Assembly: GCA_048013815.1 (NCBI GenBank)
Contig: CM106585.1
Coordinates: forward strand, 15,004,001 to 15,068,000
Direction: 5' to 3'
Length of the DNA: 64,000 nucleotides
Source of the DNA: Setoptus koraiensis
Lineage: Eukaryota; Animalia; Arthropoda
Positions 46,031 to 56,292 of the stretch are shown here, piece after piece. A program made the translations under genes and the position numbers. How positions within the stretch are numbered: the first letter of the stretch is position 1; every line of letters begins with the position of its first letter. The notes under the pieces were generated by a model that was not told the DNA's origin, ran no database searches, and worked only from the letters and a program-made list of their open reading frames with translations.

Positions 46031-48846
46031 CAATGCGCTGCAAGTGGGCATTAAATTTTAACGGCAACAAATTGTTTTCGAGGCGAAGCTGGCGATGATT
46101 ACCTGGCGAACGCTTTAATACACACAACACAGCGATGATACACGATATAATATAATGCGAGCGAGGTATCGCATTACCTGGTCACGATGCCGGACACAAA
46201 CGAATGTGACTGCCGCCAGCATCGCGGGCACTGGCCAATGGTGACCGGCGATTGGCGAATTGGAACGAAAGCCGCCAATTGCACCGAAATGAAACTCTCG
46301 CCGGCTAATGGGCCGTCCATTCAGTTCTCGCATCTTCGTTTATCGCTGTTGGGATTGCCGGTGCTCGTTCGCAGGCTTCGCGGGCACTGCGATTCGCGCA
46401 ACAACGCAACAAAACAACAAACAACAAAACAGCAAACAACAAAGCAACAAACAAGAGACGAGCGATCAGGCCAACGACAGAGCGACAGAAGGACAAAACA
46501 ACAGGCAAGTGAATAAACAAGTCGTGACCACGCAATGCTCGTTGCGTCATCGTCGCTCGTTAATAATCATGGCCGCTCGGCGATGATAATGTGAGCCGCC
46601 GAGAGGCCGTTTTGAAACGGCGGCATCAATGAATTTACGCTCCATAAATCATCACGATTCACGAATTGCGCCATCTTGCCGCCGCTTGCCGCCAACGACA
46701 CTGCCGGTCGGTCCACTTTGGCCGGTGCCATTCGAAAATACAAGACAAAAAATATGCGTCGGTAATGCTGTCGTTGCTGCTGTTGCCGTCGGTGTTGTTG
46801 GCGCGGCGTGCGCCATTGGCGTTGCCCCCATTTGCAGTCGCTGTTAATTTCAATATTTGTTGCAGCGTTCGAACGTTCGAACGTTCGAATGCCGGCCAAC
46901 AATCAAGCGAGACAATCACCAATTAACAAGAGCGACGCACGTGCAGTGCACGCTTTGCGCTCTTCGCTTCTCTGTGGCCCCTCGGCTCGGTGTCGCCACT
47001 CGAGCCGCTCGTGACGCAAACCAGTGATATCGAGAGATATCGTTTATAGATATCGCTCGCCTATGAAACATATTTCTCTGTTGTCGGCAAAGCGCCCAGA
47101 GGCGCGTCACGACCACCGAGAGACAATTGCCGACAATCGGACCATTCGAGCGAATGCGAGCCAATTCGCGCCAATTCGCGCCAATTCGAGAGAACTCGAA
47201 AGAACTCGAAAGAACTCGGGAGAACCCGAGAGAACCGAAAGACGGCCGAACGCAAGTGGCGGATGTTGTCCATTTGGACACACATATCCGACATGTTGTC
47301 TCGGATATGTGTTTGTGTCGGCCGCTCAGCGCCACCTATCGCGACCGGCCAGTTTCTCCAGTTTTGCCAGTTTCTCCAGTTTTGCGCTGGCCGTGCCAGC
47401 CGACGGTCAGCGGGTTACGTAATGACGAGTTCCGCAACGGCGAGTTACGTAACGGCGAATTGCACGGTCACAGTTGTTGTGCGTTGTTTGCTTTGTGTGT
47501 TTGGTGGCTCACGCCGGCTTGCGGCCGGCGAAAGCGTCGATATTGTCGCGCATAAGTAAGTATTGTGGTGCCAGTGTAAGCTCGCTTGTTTTATTTACTT
47601 GTCCGTTGCGTTTGTTGTGAGAACTGCCAGTGGCGAATCCGAATGCGCTCTAAATGAGCAAACACACAACACGACAACTATTTATCAACACAATCGAGCG
47701 TGTGAGTTATGTAATAGTCTTATTATTCGACCAGCCCAAGTGTGTGTACGTTTCTCATGCCTGGCCCCTCTCGATTGAATAGCACGTGCTGCGCTATTTA
47801 TTATGTCACCGTTATAATCATTTGCAATATATTACAACACTTTTCCGTTACGCTCTCTCACTGGGGGCGCTTGCGATTTTTCGCGTTGCCAGTGGGCGCG
47901 CTGTCGGCGGCGATCACCGTTAGATAATATACTGATAGTTGTTGCGCAATATCGATTGCCTAATGCCAGTCGCTGGCGCCTGCCAATAAACTGTAAATGA
48001 CATTGCGCATTGCGTAATGCTGCTTAATTCGTGGCCGTAAGCGCCGATGATGATGCCGCGCCAAATAATGCCGATGTGTTGCGCAATGATGTCATATCTA
48101 GCTCGTGCGCGTAGTGCGCTCGTTTGTGGTCGTTTGTGTGGGGGTGGCACGCGTAAGCGGCGGCCACACCGACACACCGACACACCGACACGCACACCGA
48201 CACATAACGACAAATGGGGCCAAACTGGAGAAATGTCGAAATGCCTAGTTATGGTCACAAGCAAACTGCGTGCGCACTAGACACGAGCATGACGCATGAT
48301 TACGTAACCGCATACACGGATAAGTCACCAGTGACCAGAGACACGCCGGCCCTCTAATTGACCGGCGTGTATCCGTTATTTGCGACAGCAAAACTCAAAT
48401 GTGTGCACATAAAGATGAGCCATTGCTGTTGCTCGTGCCGGTCGTATCTAATTAAATATGATATTACTGTATATCGCACAATAATAATATTGTAATGTAT
48501 CATCCAAATGATCAAAATGATTGCCCGTGAAAAATCGCTACCGCCATCTACCGGCCAACGCTCGCAATCGGTGTTTGTTGGCGTTTGGGGCTCACGCTCG
48601 GATCAAGCTCGACATCTATAATGACAATACAATATCTATAATTACAATATCTGTAATAATACACGCAAATATGTGTGGTTTGTCGGATTGCGATCAACGA
48701 CAATATACAACATGTATATTTATGTATTTATATGTGTATTTATGTGCTGAGGGGCTCCGATGAAGCATCAATCATCGATCGATCTATGCATCACAAGATG
48801 TTGTGAGAAATAGCGAAGGGATATGGATGGAAACAAAAAAGGGGAA

Positions 48847-48870
48847 AAATCTATCGATATCGATAGATTT
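48847..48870. promoter_or_regulatory. 24-bp perfect palindrome containing two overlapping DRE-type elements (TATCGATA)
   Basis: AAATCTATCGATATCGATAGATTT, with TATCGATA at 48852 and 48858. Confidence 0.5.
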
Positions 48871-49553
48871 GTCAGCCGAACCCTAGAGGCAATACGCTCT
48901 GTGACCACTATCCAGTGATTGTGTGCGGCCCCCACGAGCATAAATCGGGTATGCTGGCACCCAGAGCGGCTGTTCTGTCGTGAACTGGACAATATTGCAC
49001 ATACCTGTATTGTGTCATTGTTTCAACTAATAAAAATAAAAAATCCAACAAAATGTCTATGGCCTCCACAAAATGTCAGACACTATTTTTCGTCATGACA
49101 TAAATAATAAATGACTGACTATTGATTCAATCGCATCCGCATCCAAGTGACATCATACCTGTCTAGCTCGCCCGTATGATGTCAACAACTGGCTGAATCT
49201 CAGCGTTCATCCTGCAAGATTTGCTCAAAGATTGTTTAAAACACTCAATGTGCGATGAAGATATTCTGAAAAGTCACATCAACCCATTGACTTTGGATGA
49301 TTATATTTTATTTTCAATCCCTTCAACTCTTCCTTTTAGTGCAAACAGAAACCTATCTGCGCTATGTCTAAGTTATACGTTAGACATAGCTTCGACAAGT
49401 TTCTCTTCATCTCATCGCGCCTCGACCAATCCGACTGCAAATAATCAACTCAACGATCAACGCAATCATAGCGAGATTTATTGTTGATTGGTGCCATGAT
49501 TGAATGGATCACACATGAGTGCGACATTTATTGTGCAAAAACATGCCAGACAC

Positions 49554-49651
49554 ATATATGTATATATATATACAATGTATATAATATATATATAATATAA
49601 TATAATAATAAAGTATAGTATAGTATATAATATATATAATATATATGTATA
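49554..49651. repeat. Degenerate (TA)n/(TAA)n microsatellite
   Basis: About 100 bp almost entirely A/T. Confidence 0.9.
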
Positions 49652-50428
49652 CAGACAATTATACAATGCCAATCATTATAAACGCCACCAAATCGAATAC
49701 CTTGCCACTCACACTAATTCATTCATCAACTTTCGCCAGAGTTTGAACAAGCAATTGCATCATGCATGCTAGACCTCTCGTATTAGATAATTAATAATAC
49801 TAGTGATGAAAAAACACTCAGCGTTTTGGCGACAAGTCGTGTCGTTTTGATATTGCAACTTGCACAAATGAAACGACTGTCACAAAAGTATTTATTGTGT
49901 CACTTCCGTGGATATTAAATGATTAATGTATCAGCCTAAACGTCAATCGTTACTCGTTGTACTATTGACGATGAATTCCTCAGTCTTTCACACTTTCCAA
50001 TCAAAAATTTTACTCCTCGTGGCTCGCTCAAATTTACCACCTAAATAAACGAGGAAGGACTTGTATCTAGCTAGCACTGTTTGTTGCTGTTTTCCGCTGA
50101 CACAGTTAACAGTCGTTGCTGTCGCCTCATTTTCATTCGTTTACCTGGCAGAATTTTCATCTCATTTTCACAGTTACTTTTGGCGGTGACGCAAAGAAGT
50201 TAATTTTCTCGAGACATATCGTATTGCAACAAGTGCACTTGTTGAAGTGTCCATATAGAACAAATCGTTGTTATCATAAAGTGAAAAAGAAAATTCAGTA
50301 ATAATTAATCTAATAATAACAATCGAAAATATCTTGAAGCAAGCAGTTTCCGGTGAGTTGAGTCAGTGAGCAACGCAAATATATAACCCGCGAGCATTTT
50401 AGTGCGAGCTTGGCAAATATCCGACAAC

Positions 50429-52395
50429 ATGAATTCCAGACAAACAACGGTCATCGCCATACTTTGCATGTTTGTCGTGGTCACGCGATCAATTGAGGCC
50501 AGCGTGCAGGTTCTCGCCCCAGAAGATATGCCTGACCTCAATTTGACCTCGTTGAACTATGACTTATTCGATGTTGTCAATGTAATGGAAGACACCAAAC
50601 AGCCACCAGGTGACAACAACATTGATTTACAGGATTACATAAGAAAACTGTTTTTGCTTATTTGGCGCTTGCCCATCGTTGATATAAGCACAATGCATCG
50701 TTATGATTCGGAATTTGAAAAAATGATTTCGGGCGGACCAAAGGCCAATTGGACAGATTGTTCAATTAAATTGCAACATTTGGCCGACAGAGTTATCCAA
50801 GAGCAAACAAATGGTAGATCGCTAGTGGAAAAATCCAATGATTATCGATTGTTCCAATTGTTGGATTCGTTTGGCCGACCGTCGAGCTCGTTCTTGCGCG
50901 GCAACGTTCTCTGGTTGGGCGACTACGATCAATGCATCCAAACCAATTATGTCAGTCCGGCTGCTGTCAGTCAAAACAATGACACCGAGCCATGGCCCAC
51001 ACAGCCACTGGTGACATTTAATACGAGATACTGTCTGGCGCACTTGCGGTGGCCTCATTGGAAGCGAACAAATGGCTTCAAGGAGTGGAAATATACCACG
51101 GTCAAGAGCGCAATTTGTTTGCCGGAATCGTGTGATTCTGCAATGGCAGAAAGGGTCAGAGATATAATTGGTCTGTTGATGGATGTCAATTTTGGTGCGG
51201 CCTACAAAAACTTTCAGATCGAGGACATTTATTGCTTGCCGGACAAACAGTCTCCACTGACTCTTTGGTGGTACAACTTGCCAAGTGTTCTCTGTGTTTT
51301 GTTTTATGCGATCTGGATAACGTTGATCCTGGTGGCCACGGCCAGAGATATGCTTGGCCACAAGGCCACAACGTTCATCAATATATTCTCGTTTGTGGCG
51401 AATACAAAAAAGCTGTTCGATGTAAAGAAAAAGCCCGTTCCACAAGAACAAGAACTGAGAGGACCGTCGCAGGCCGAGAAAAAACAGCCCCTGGTTCAGC
51501 TACCGACAAGTGTTACTAACAACAACAGCGCCAACAACAAACCTAACTCGACAGATTTCGTATCAGCGTTGGGCCAGAAAAATCGCGCCGAAAACGGAGC
51601 GGAAGCGGGCCAGGATATATTGCATCAATCAGCTTGTGATGCTCGTGTGGACATGAATTATTTGCATTGCGTCAAAGTGATTATGTTGTTTATTGTGATG
51701 AAGTCACACTTTTTCCTGTTTACAACAACAGCTTATAAAATATTTGATCTCAACCAATCGTTCAATCGGTTTGATGTGTATCATTTGAGTTTTGCCGGAA
51801 TGGCAGTTAACATTTTTTTTATGATAACAGGTACACTGGTGGCTTACACATTGTTTGAGACGTTTTCGCCATTTAAGCATGCACGAAGAAACAAATGCAA
51901 TCCGACCGCATCGTTGCCACTGGTGGTAATAGGTACATCGGATCAAGGTAACGAGTCCACTGATACGACAACACGCAGTGAAACGAGCCCCGATAAGGTG
52001 CAACAAATTGACACCGATAACACATCCACGACAGGTATATCTAGGAGCGTCAATCGCGAATGCATCGACAATTATCAGCACCCTCTATTGCGACCAACAG
52101 TCTGGATTGGCTTCAGTCTCAATCGCTATGTTCGTTTGATACCCCTATGGGCTATCATGACACTGACAGTGAAGTACCTGGTCAGGTACCTTGGCGAGGG
52201 TCCATTGTGGGATTATGGTACCTCGACGGGCACGAATCTGCACCAATGCCGCGAGGAGAGTCTAGCTCTTCTCTTTTTGGGCATTCTCAATGTTAGGCCC
52301 GTCTATCACAATTGCATAGCCTCTAGTTGGTACGTTATGATTGATTTGCAGTGTGCCATTGTAGTTGTGCCCATAGTGATCATAGCCTACCTAAA
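50429..52395 (+). CDS. Nose-resistant-to-fluoxetine-6 (NRF-6)-like protein, NRF domain plus acyltransferase-3 domain, exon 1
   Basis: Signal peptide MNSRQTTVIAILCMFVVVTRS; NRF motif LLDSFGRPSSSFLRGNVLWLGDYDQC; FSFVANTKKLF; RYVRLIP; SWYVMIDLQ. Donor AA|GTAAGT at 52396. Confidence 0.9.
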
Positions 52396-52509
52396 GTAAG
52401 TATTGTCTAATATTTTCCGAACAACAATGTATCATTCAGACAATAACATCGGACTCATTATTGATCGTTTGATTACTAATCGATTGATTAAAAATCGACC
52501 CGAAACCAG

Positions 52510-52650
52510 AGCTCCAAGAACAATGTTCTTCGTTAGTCTGGCACTTCCGTTCGTGCACGCAATCCACTATCTCTTCACAGATACCTACCTGCCTAAAGAT
52601 ATTCGAGGCATGGCGAAATACCGAGCAAAATCACTTGCCTCTCTATCTAT
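52510..52650 (+). CDS. NRF-6-like protein exon 2
   Basis: The 114-nt intron 52396..52509 (TACTAAT branch-like site, CCAG acceptor) gives YLK-APRTMFFVSLALPF. Ends at AT|GTGAGT. Confidence 0.75.
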
Positions 52651-52788
52651 GTGAGTTACGCTAGTTTTGGATAGTTAAACTAAAAATTAAGTTTACACTC
52701 AATAACAACTTTCAAACTTCTAATCAAACAATAACCTTATTATTATGCATTTGTTCACAAATAATTGCTACCACTATCTACATCCTAG

Positions 52789-53494
52789 ATTTCTACACGA
52801 GCTTATACCTCTATACTATTACACATTTGCGCGGGCCACATATTACATCATGGGCATAACCACAGGCTATATGTTGCACATATATCGTTATAGTAACTCT
52901 GGCAAGAAAGATAATTTGTTCATTTGTTCTGATACACAATGTTCACAAGTCAACAATGTCCAATTCATGTGCACTTTGATCAGAGTGATGAGAAGGCCTG
53001 TCCTGTCCAATTGGTTCACTATAGCCATTATGTTTCTTATAATGTTCAGTGTAGTTTGGGTCACAATTCTGTTGCCTGAACGCTATCTGGCCCTCACATC
53101 AGAATTGGCACTAACTCATGTACTATTTGCATTGATTGTTCTGTCGTATGCCCTAGTTTTGCCCATGATTATCATCCAATTATCGACTGGCTCTTTGGGC
53201 AACAGCGACACTATGAAACGATTCTTAAATTGGTCCGGCTGGTTGCCGTTGTCGCGCATAAGTCTCAGCTTTCTTCTCATGGACCCCATCATGGTTAACT
53301 TATACAATTATCGTTTGAAACATATCGTTTCACTAGATTTCGACATGCATGTCGCTATTATGATAGCCCAATCAATTACAATCTACCTGGCGGCCTTGAT
53401 AGTGTACTTGTTATTGGAAGCGCCCATAAGATCATGTTTCAACATTGTGCTGGCCAACTTGTTACGCCGCTCTGCTTCACAAATAAAATATTGA
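52789..53494 (+). CDS. NRF-6-like protein exon 3 (C-terminal TM helices); spliced total 937 aa
   Basis: The 138-nt intron 52651..52788 (CCTAG acceptor) restores frame. YYTFARATYYIMGITTGY, FLNWSGWLPLSRISLSFLLMDP and YLLLEAPIR match the acyltransferase-3/NRF-6 C-terminus. Confidence 0.85.
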
Positions 53495-54194
53495 CCCTAT
53501 GACCTGCACCTGAACAATATATTGATATATTGTTGATTTAGAATTGATTATAAATAGTTAGATATCTAATAAAATCGTTTATAGAGTCAGAAGATCGCAC
53601 TACATCTGAATGACGATTTTACTGAACGCTCGCGCAACCGCCCCCCACCACAGTCAAGCAACAATCAAGCTAACGATAACGGAAAATTGTTTGCCGGGCC
53701 AGGTCGATTATCACCATGCATAATGATAATGATAATCAGATGCAGAAAAGACCAAATAAAGTAGAAAATATCCGAAGAGTCATCCGAAATATTTTTGAGA
53801 TTGCTCAATGCATTGATGTAATTATTTGATTGACGCACACATTGTATCCGATAGTGCTCAAGTAAAATTGTGAAATCATTATTGCGCCGCCTATCGGTAA
53901 AAGTTGGACTTAATTTTTTACAAAAGCCTGGCTCATAATTCATTATGATTTCAGTTGGAGTGTCACACTTATAACTGACACTTGTAATAACTATAACATG
54001 TCATAAGAAAAGCTACATATGAGAGGAAAAAATACACAAACTATTTAAGCTGCCAACTGCTACGCGCACCAGCTATCATGGTGATATCTGAATTAAAACA
54101 TATCATCGAGATTATTCCAACATTATTTATCACAATATTACCATCATTATTATACTGGATCACTATTTTATAATACCGAACAAACAGAAACGTC

Positions 54195-55418
54195 ATGGCT
54201 CAAAAGAGGACAGACAGTGTCAAGAGGGATCTGACACTTAGATTCGAATTCAATAGTACACAACACACAGTTTCTTGTCTCACGTTGGACAGCGCCGTCG
54301 AGGACCTGGAACTGGTGATATGTTCCATGTTGCGATTGCCTGACCCAAAAAAGCTTAGATTAAAAACGTTGCAACCAACGAAAATCATCGATTGTTCAGA
54401 TGGGAAAAAGAAATTGAGCGAAATATTTTCACAAGCCAGAGAACGTATTGTAGTGGAGCTAGTGAATGGAGGTATCACTACCAATAGCACTGACATTGAC
54501 ATTAGCAACAGCAGTAATTTAGCGACAAGCCGATTTAATTCTACTGCTAGTCCATCGTCGTCTTCTACGTCAAAATCGTCTGATCAGCATTTTCAACTTC
54601 CATTGGATAATATTAGTAGCAAAATTAAACAAGCTCAAGGCATAAACAAACATCATAAAACAGAGTCAGAGTCCAACCAAGATAGACCGCAATCATGGCA
54701 AGATGATAGCTCAAATGCTTTATTGAATTCGTCCGACGATGATGGTCCATCTAGCAGACAGAGGAAAATTGCCAGGCCTCAGTCAGATCTGCCTGTATGC
54801 TCCTCCACAGGCTATCTACTCAGACACCCCGTCCCTTCCAATAACTCTTGCCTATTCACATCCGTCCACTTTTGTCTTACCGGTGGAGAAGTGGACGAAA
54901 ACATAGGCAAGAGTATGAGAAAAATAATTGCAAGCACTGTGGCATCAGATATAATCTATTTTGATGAAGCCTTCTTAGGCCAACCAAACGCAAACTATTG
55001 TCTTTGGATATTGGATAATAATAACTGGGGCGGTGCAATAGAATTGAGTATATTATGCAAGTACTATCAAGTAGAGATAGTAGCTATCGATGTCAAAAAC
55101 ACAAGACTGAATAGATTCGGCGAAGATAGCCATTTCTCGTCGCGAATGCTACTTCTCTATGATGGTCTACATTATGACCCACTAAAATTTCAGCCATTGG
55201 ATGATGTCACACCAGTGCAAACGTTATTCCCATCTGATAACGAGGAAATACTTACTATGGCTGAAGAATTGGCTAAGGAAGCGAAACAATCGCATCAATT
55301 TACAGATGTCAAGGCCATGACAATGAAATGTTCCATATGTCAGCAAAAAGTAAATTCTGTCACAGCACCAGTCCATGCCAACGAAACTGGCCATGCTAAC
55401 TTTGTTGAGCTAGACTGA
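54195..55418 (+). CDS. YOD1: OTU1/YOD1 ubiquitin thioesterase (UBL + OTU + C2H2 zinc finger), intronless
   Basis: N-terminal ubiquitin-like region; VPSNNSCLFTSV catalytic Cys loop; WGGAIELSIL; YDGLHYDPL catalytic His; C-terminal CSIC...HANETGHANF finger. Confidence 0.95.
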   Translation: MAQKRTDSVKRDLTLRFEFNSTQHTVSCLTLDSAVEDLELVICSMLRLPDPKKLRLKTLQPTKIIDCSDGKKKLSEIFSQARERIVVELVNGGITTNSTDIDISNSSNLATSRFNSTASPSSSSTSKSSDQHFQLPLDNISSKIKQAQGINKHHKTESESNQDRPQSWQDDSSNALLNSSDDDGPSSRQRKIARPQSDLPVCSSTGYLLRHPVPSNNSCLFTSVHFCLTGGEVDENIGKSMRKIIASTVASDIIYFDEAFLGQPNANYCLWILDNNNWGGAIELSILCKYYQVEIVAIDVKNTRLNRFGEDSHFSSRMLLLYDGLHYDPLKFQPLDDVTPVQTLFPSDNEEILTMAEELAKEAKQSHQFTDVKAMTMKCSICQQKVNSVTAPVHANETGHANFVELD

Positions 55419-56292
55419 GATGATTCTAATTTCGTAACCGAGTATTGTACAACTAAAGCTTAATGAAATGAAATGAGGAAATTCTAAGACAGGAATATAA
55501 AGTTCCTGCGTGCAAAGTTGAGTATCCCGCCTCTCAATCAATTGATCAGATTAAATCGTTCGGTTACAATTTAGGCTTTATGTGTTGGAATTATCTTGAT
55601 CGGTAGACAAGTAAAATTTGTCAAGAAACTACAGATATTCTAATTTATGAGAAAGCTATGCTGAAAGTGTTTATATTTAAAAGATGAAAAGTCAACATTG
55701 ATCATAATTTTCTATCGTAATTCAGACAATTCTATCCGTCGGCAGGCATTACTAGAAGTTGTCGAGGCAGAAATCGCGATTCCTGCATACCAAGTTCAGT
55801 GCTCAGCTCTCAATTAATTTATCGGATTAAATCTTTCGATTGAAACTCAAGTTAATGTTCCTTGATCACTAGTGAATCTGTTGAGGAATTTGAGCCTTGG
55901 CACCGGACCTGTGTCGCTAGTACGGAATGGTATTTGTCGCTGATTACAAACTTTTTCTCTGACCTGTGCTAATCTTGGCAAATGCGACAACAATGGTCGT
56001 CACTACAAGCACAGACTCGTGTCCGCCCGCTTAATCCCCGTCTCCGGAAGGCTTTATCTTGATTGATGAGCAATTAAAATATGTCCACAAACTACAGATA
56101 TTCCAATGTCCATTTTTCTTGGTCATATTGAGACTATAAATAGCAGATGGCAAATGGTTTTGTTATCATTCATCGACATTCGAGCATCGCGAACTCTCCA
56201 TCACCAATCAAACAATCGACTATCATTTCAATTGTTATCGTTAAATATAAATTACATACCTGAAAAATCTCAAATAATTCAACAATTAGAAG

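Larger units (their letters stand above)
15400..48400. other. GC/CpG-rich region with no recognisable gene (gene desert) 5' of the Toll gene; probable cis-regulatory domain
   Basis: No ORF resembles a protein family I recognise; ORFs are overlapping, Arg/Ala/Pro/Cys-rich and repeat-derived; dense short tandem arrays. Confidence 0.7.

Noticed and set aside
900-48250. General helical (10-11 bp) periodicity of all arrays
   Set aside because: Many arrays have 10, 11 or 20-22 bp units, but 8, 9 and 12-19 bp units are also common; no excess can be claimed without a formal count.
15458-48280. Hundreds of ORFs up to 327 aa in the upstream desert (e.g. 28103-29086, 40497-41408, 34652-35536)
   Set aside because: Arg/Ala/Pro/Cys-rich composition, mutual overlap and no family motifs. 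Small hidden exons cannot be excluded without RNA-seq.
53665-53943. 92-aa minus-strand ORF head-to-head with YOD1
   Set aside because: No recognisable domain; the hydrophobic stretch derives from an ATT/ATC triplet run. Unresolved rather than disproved.
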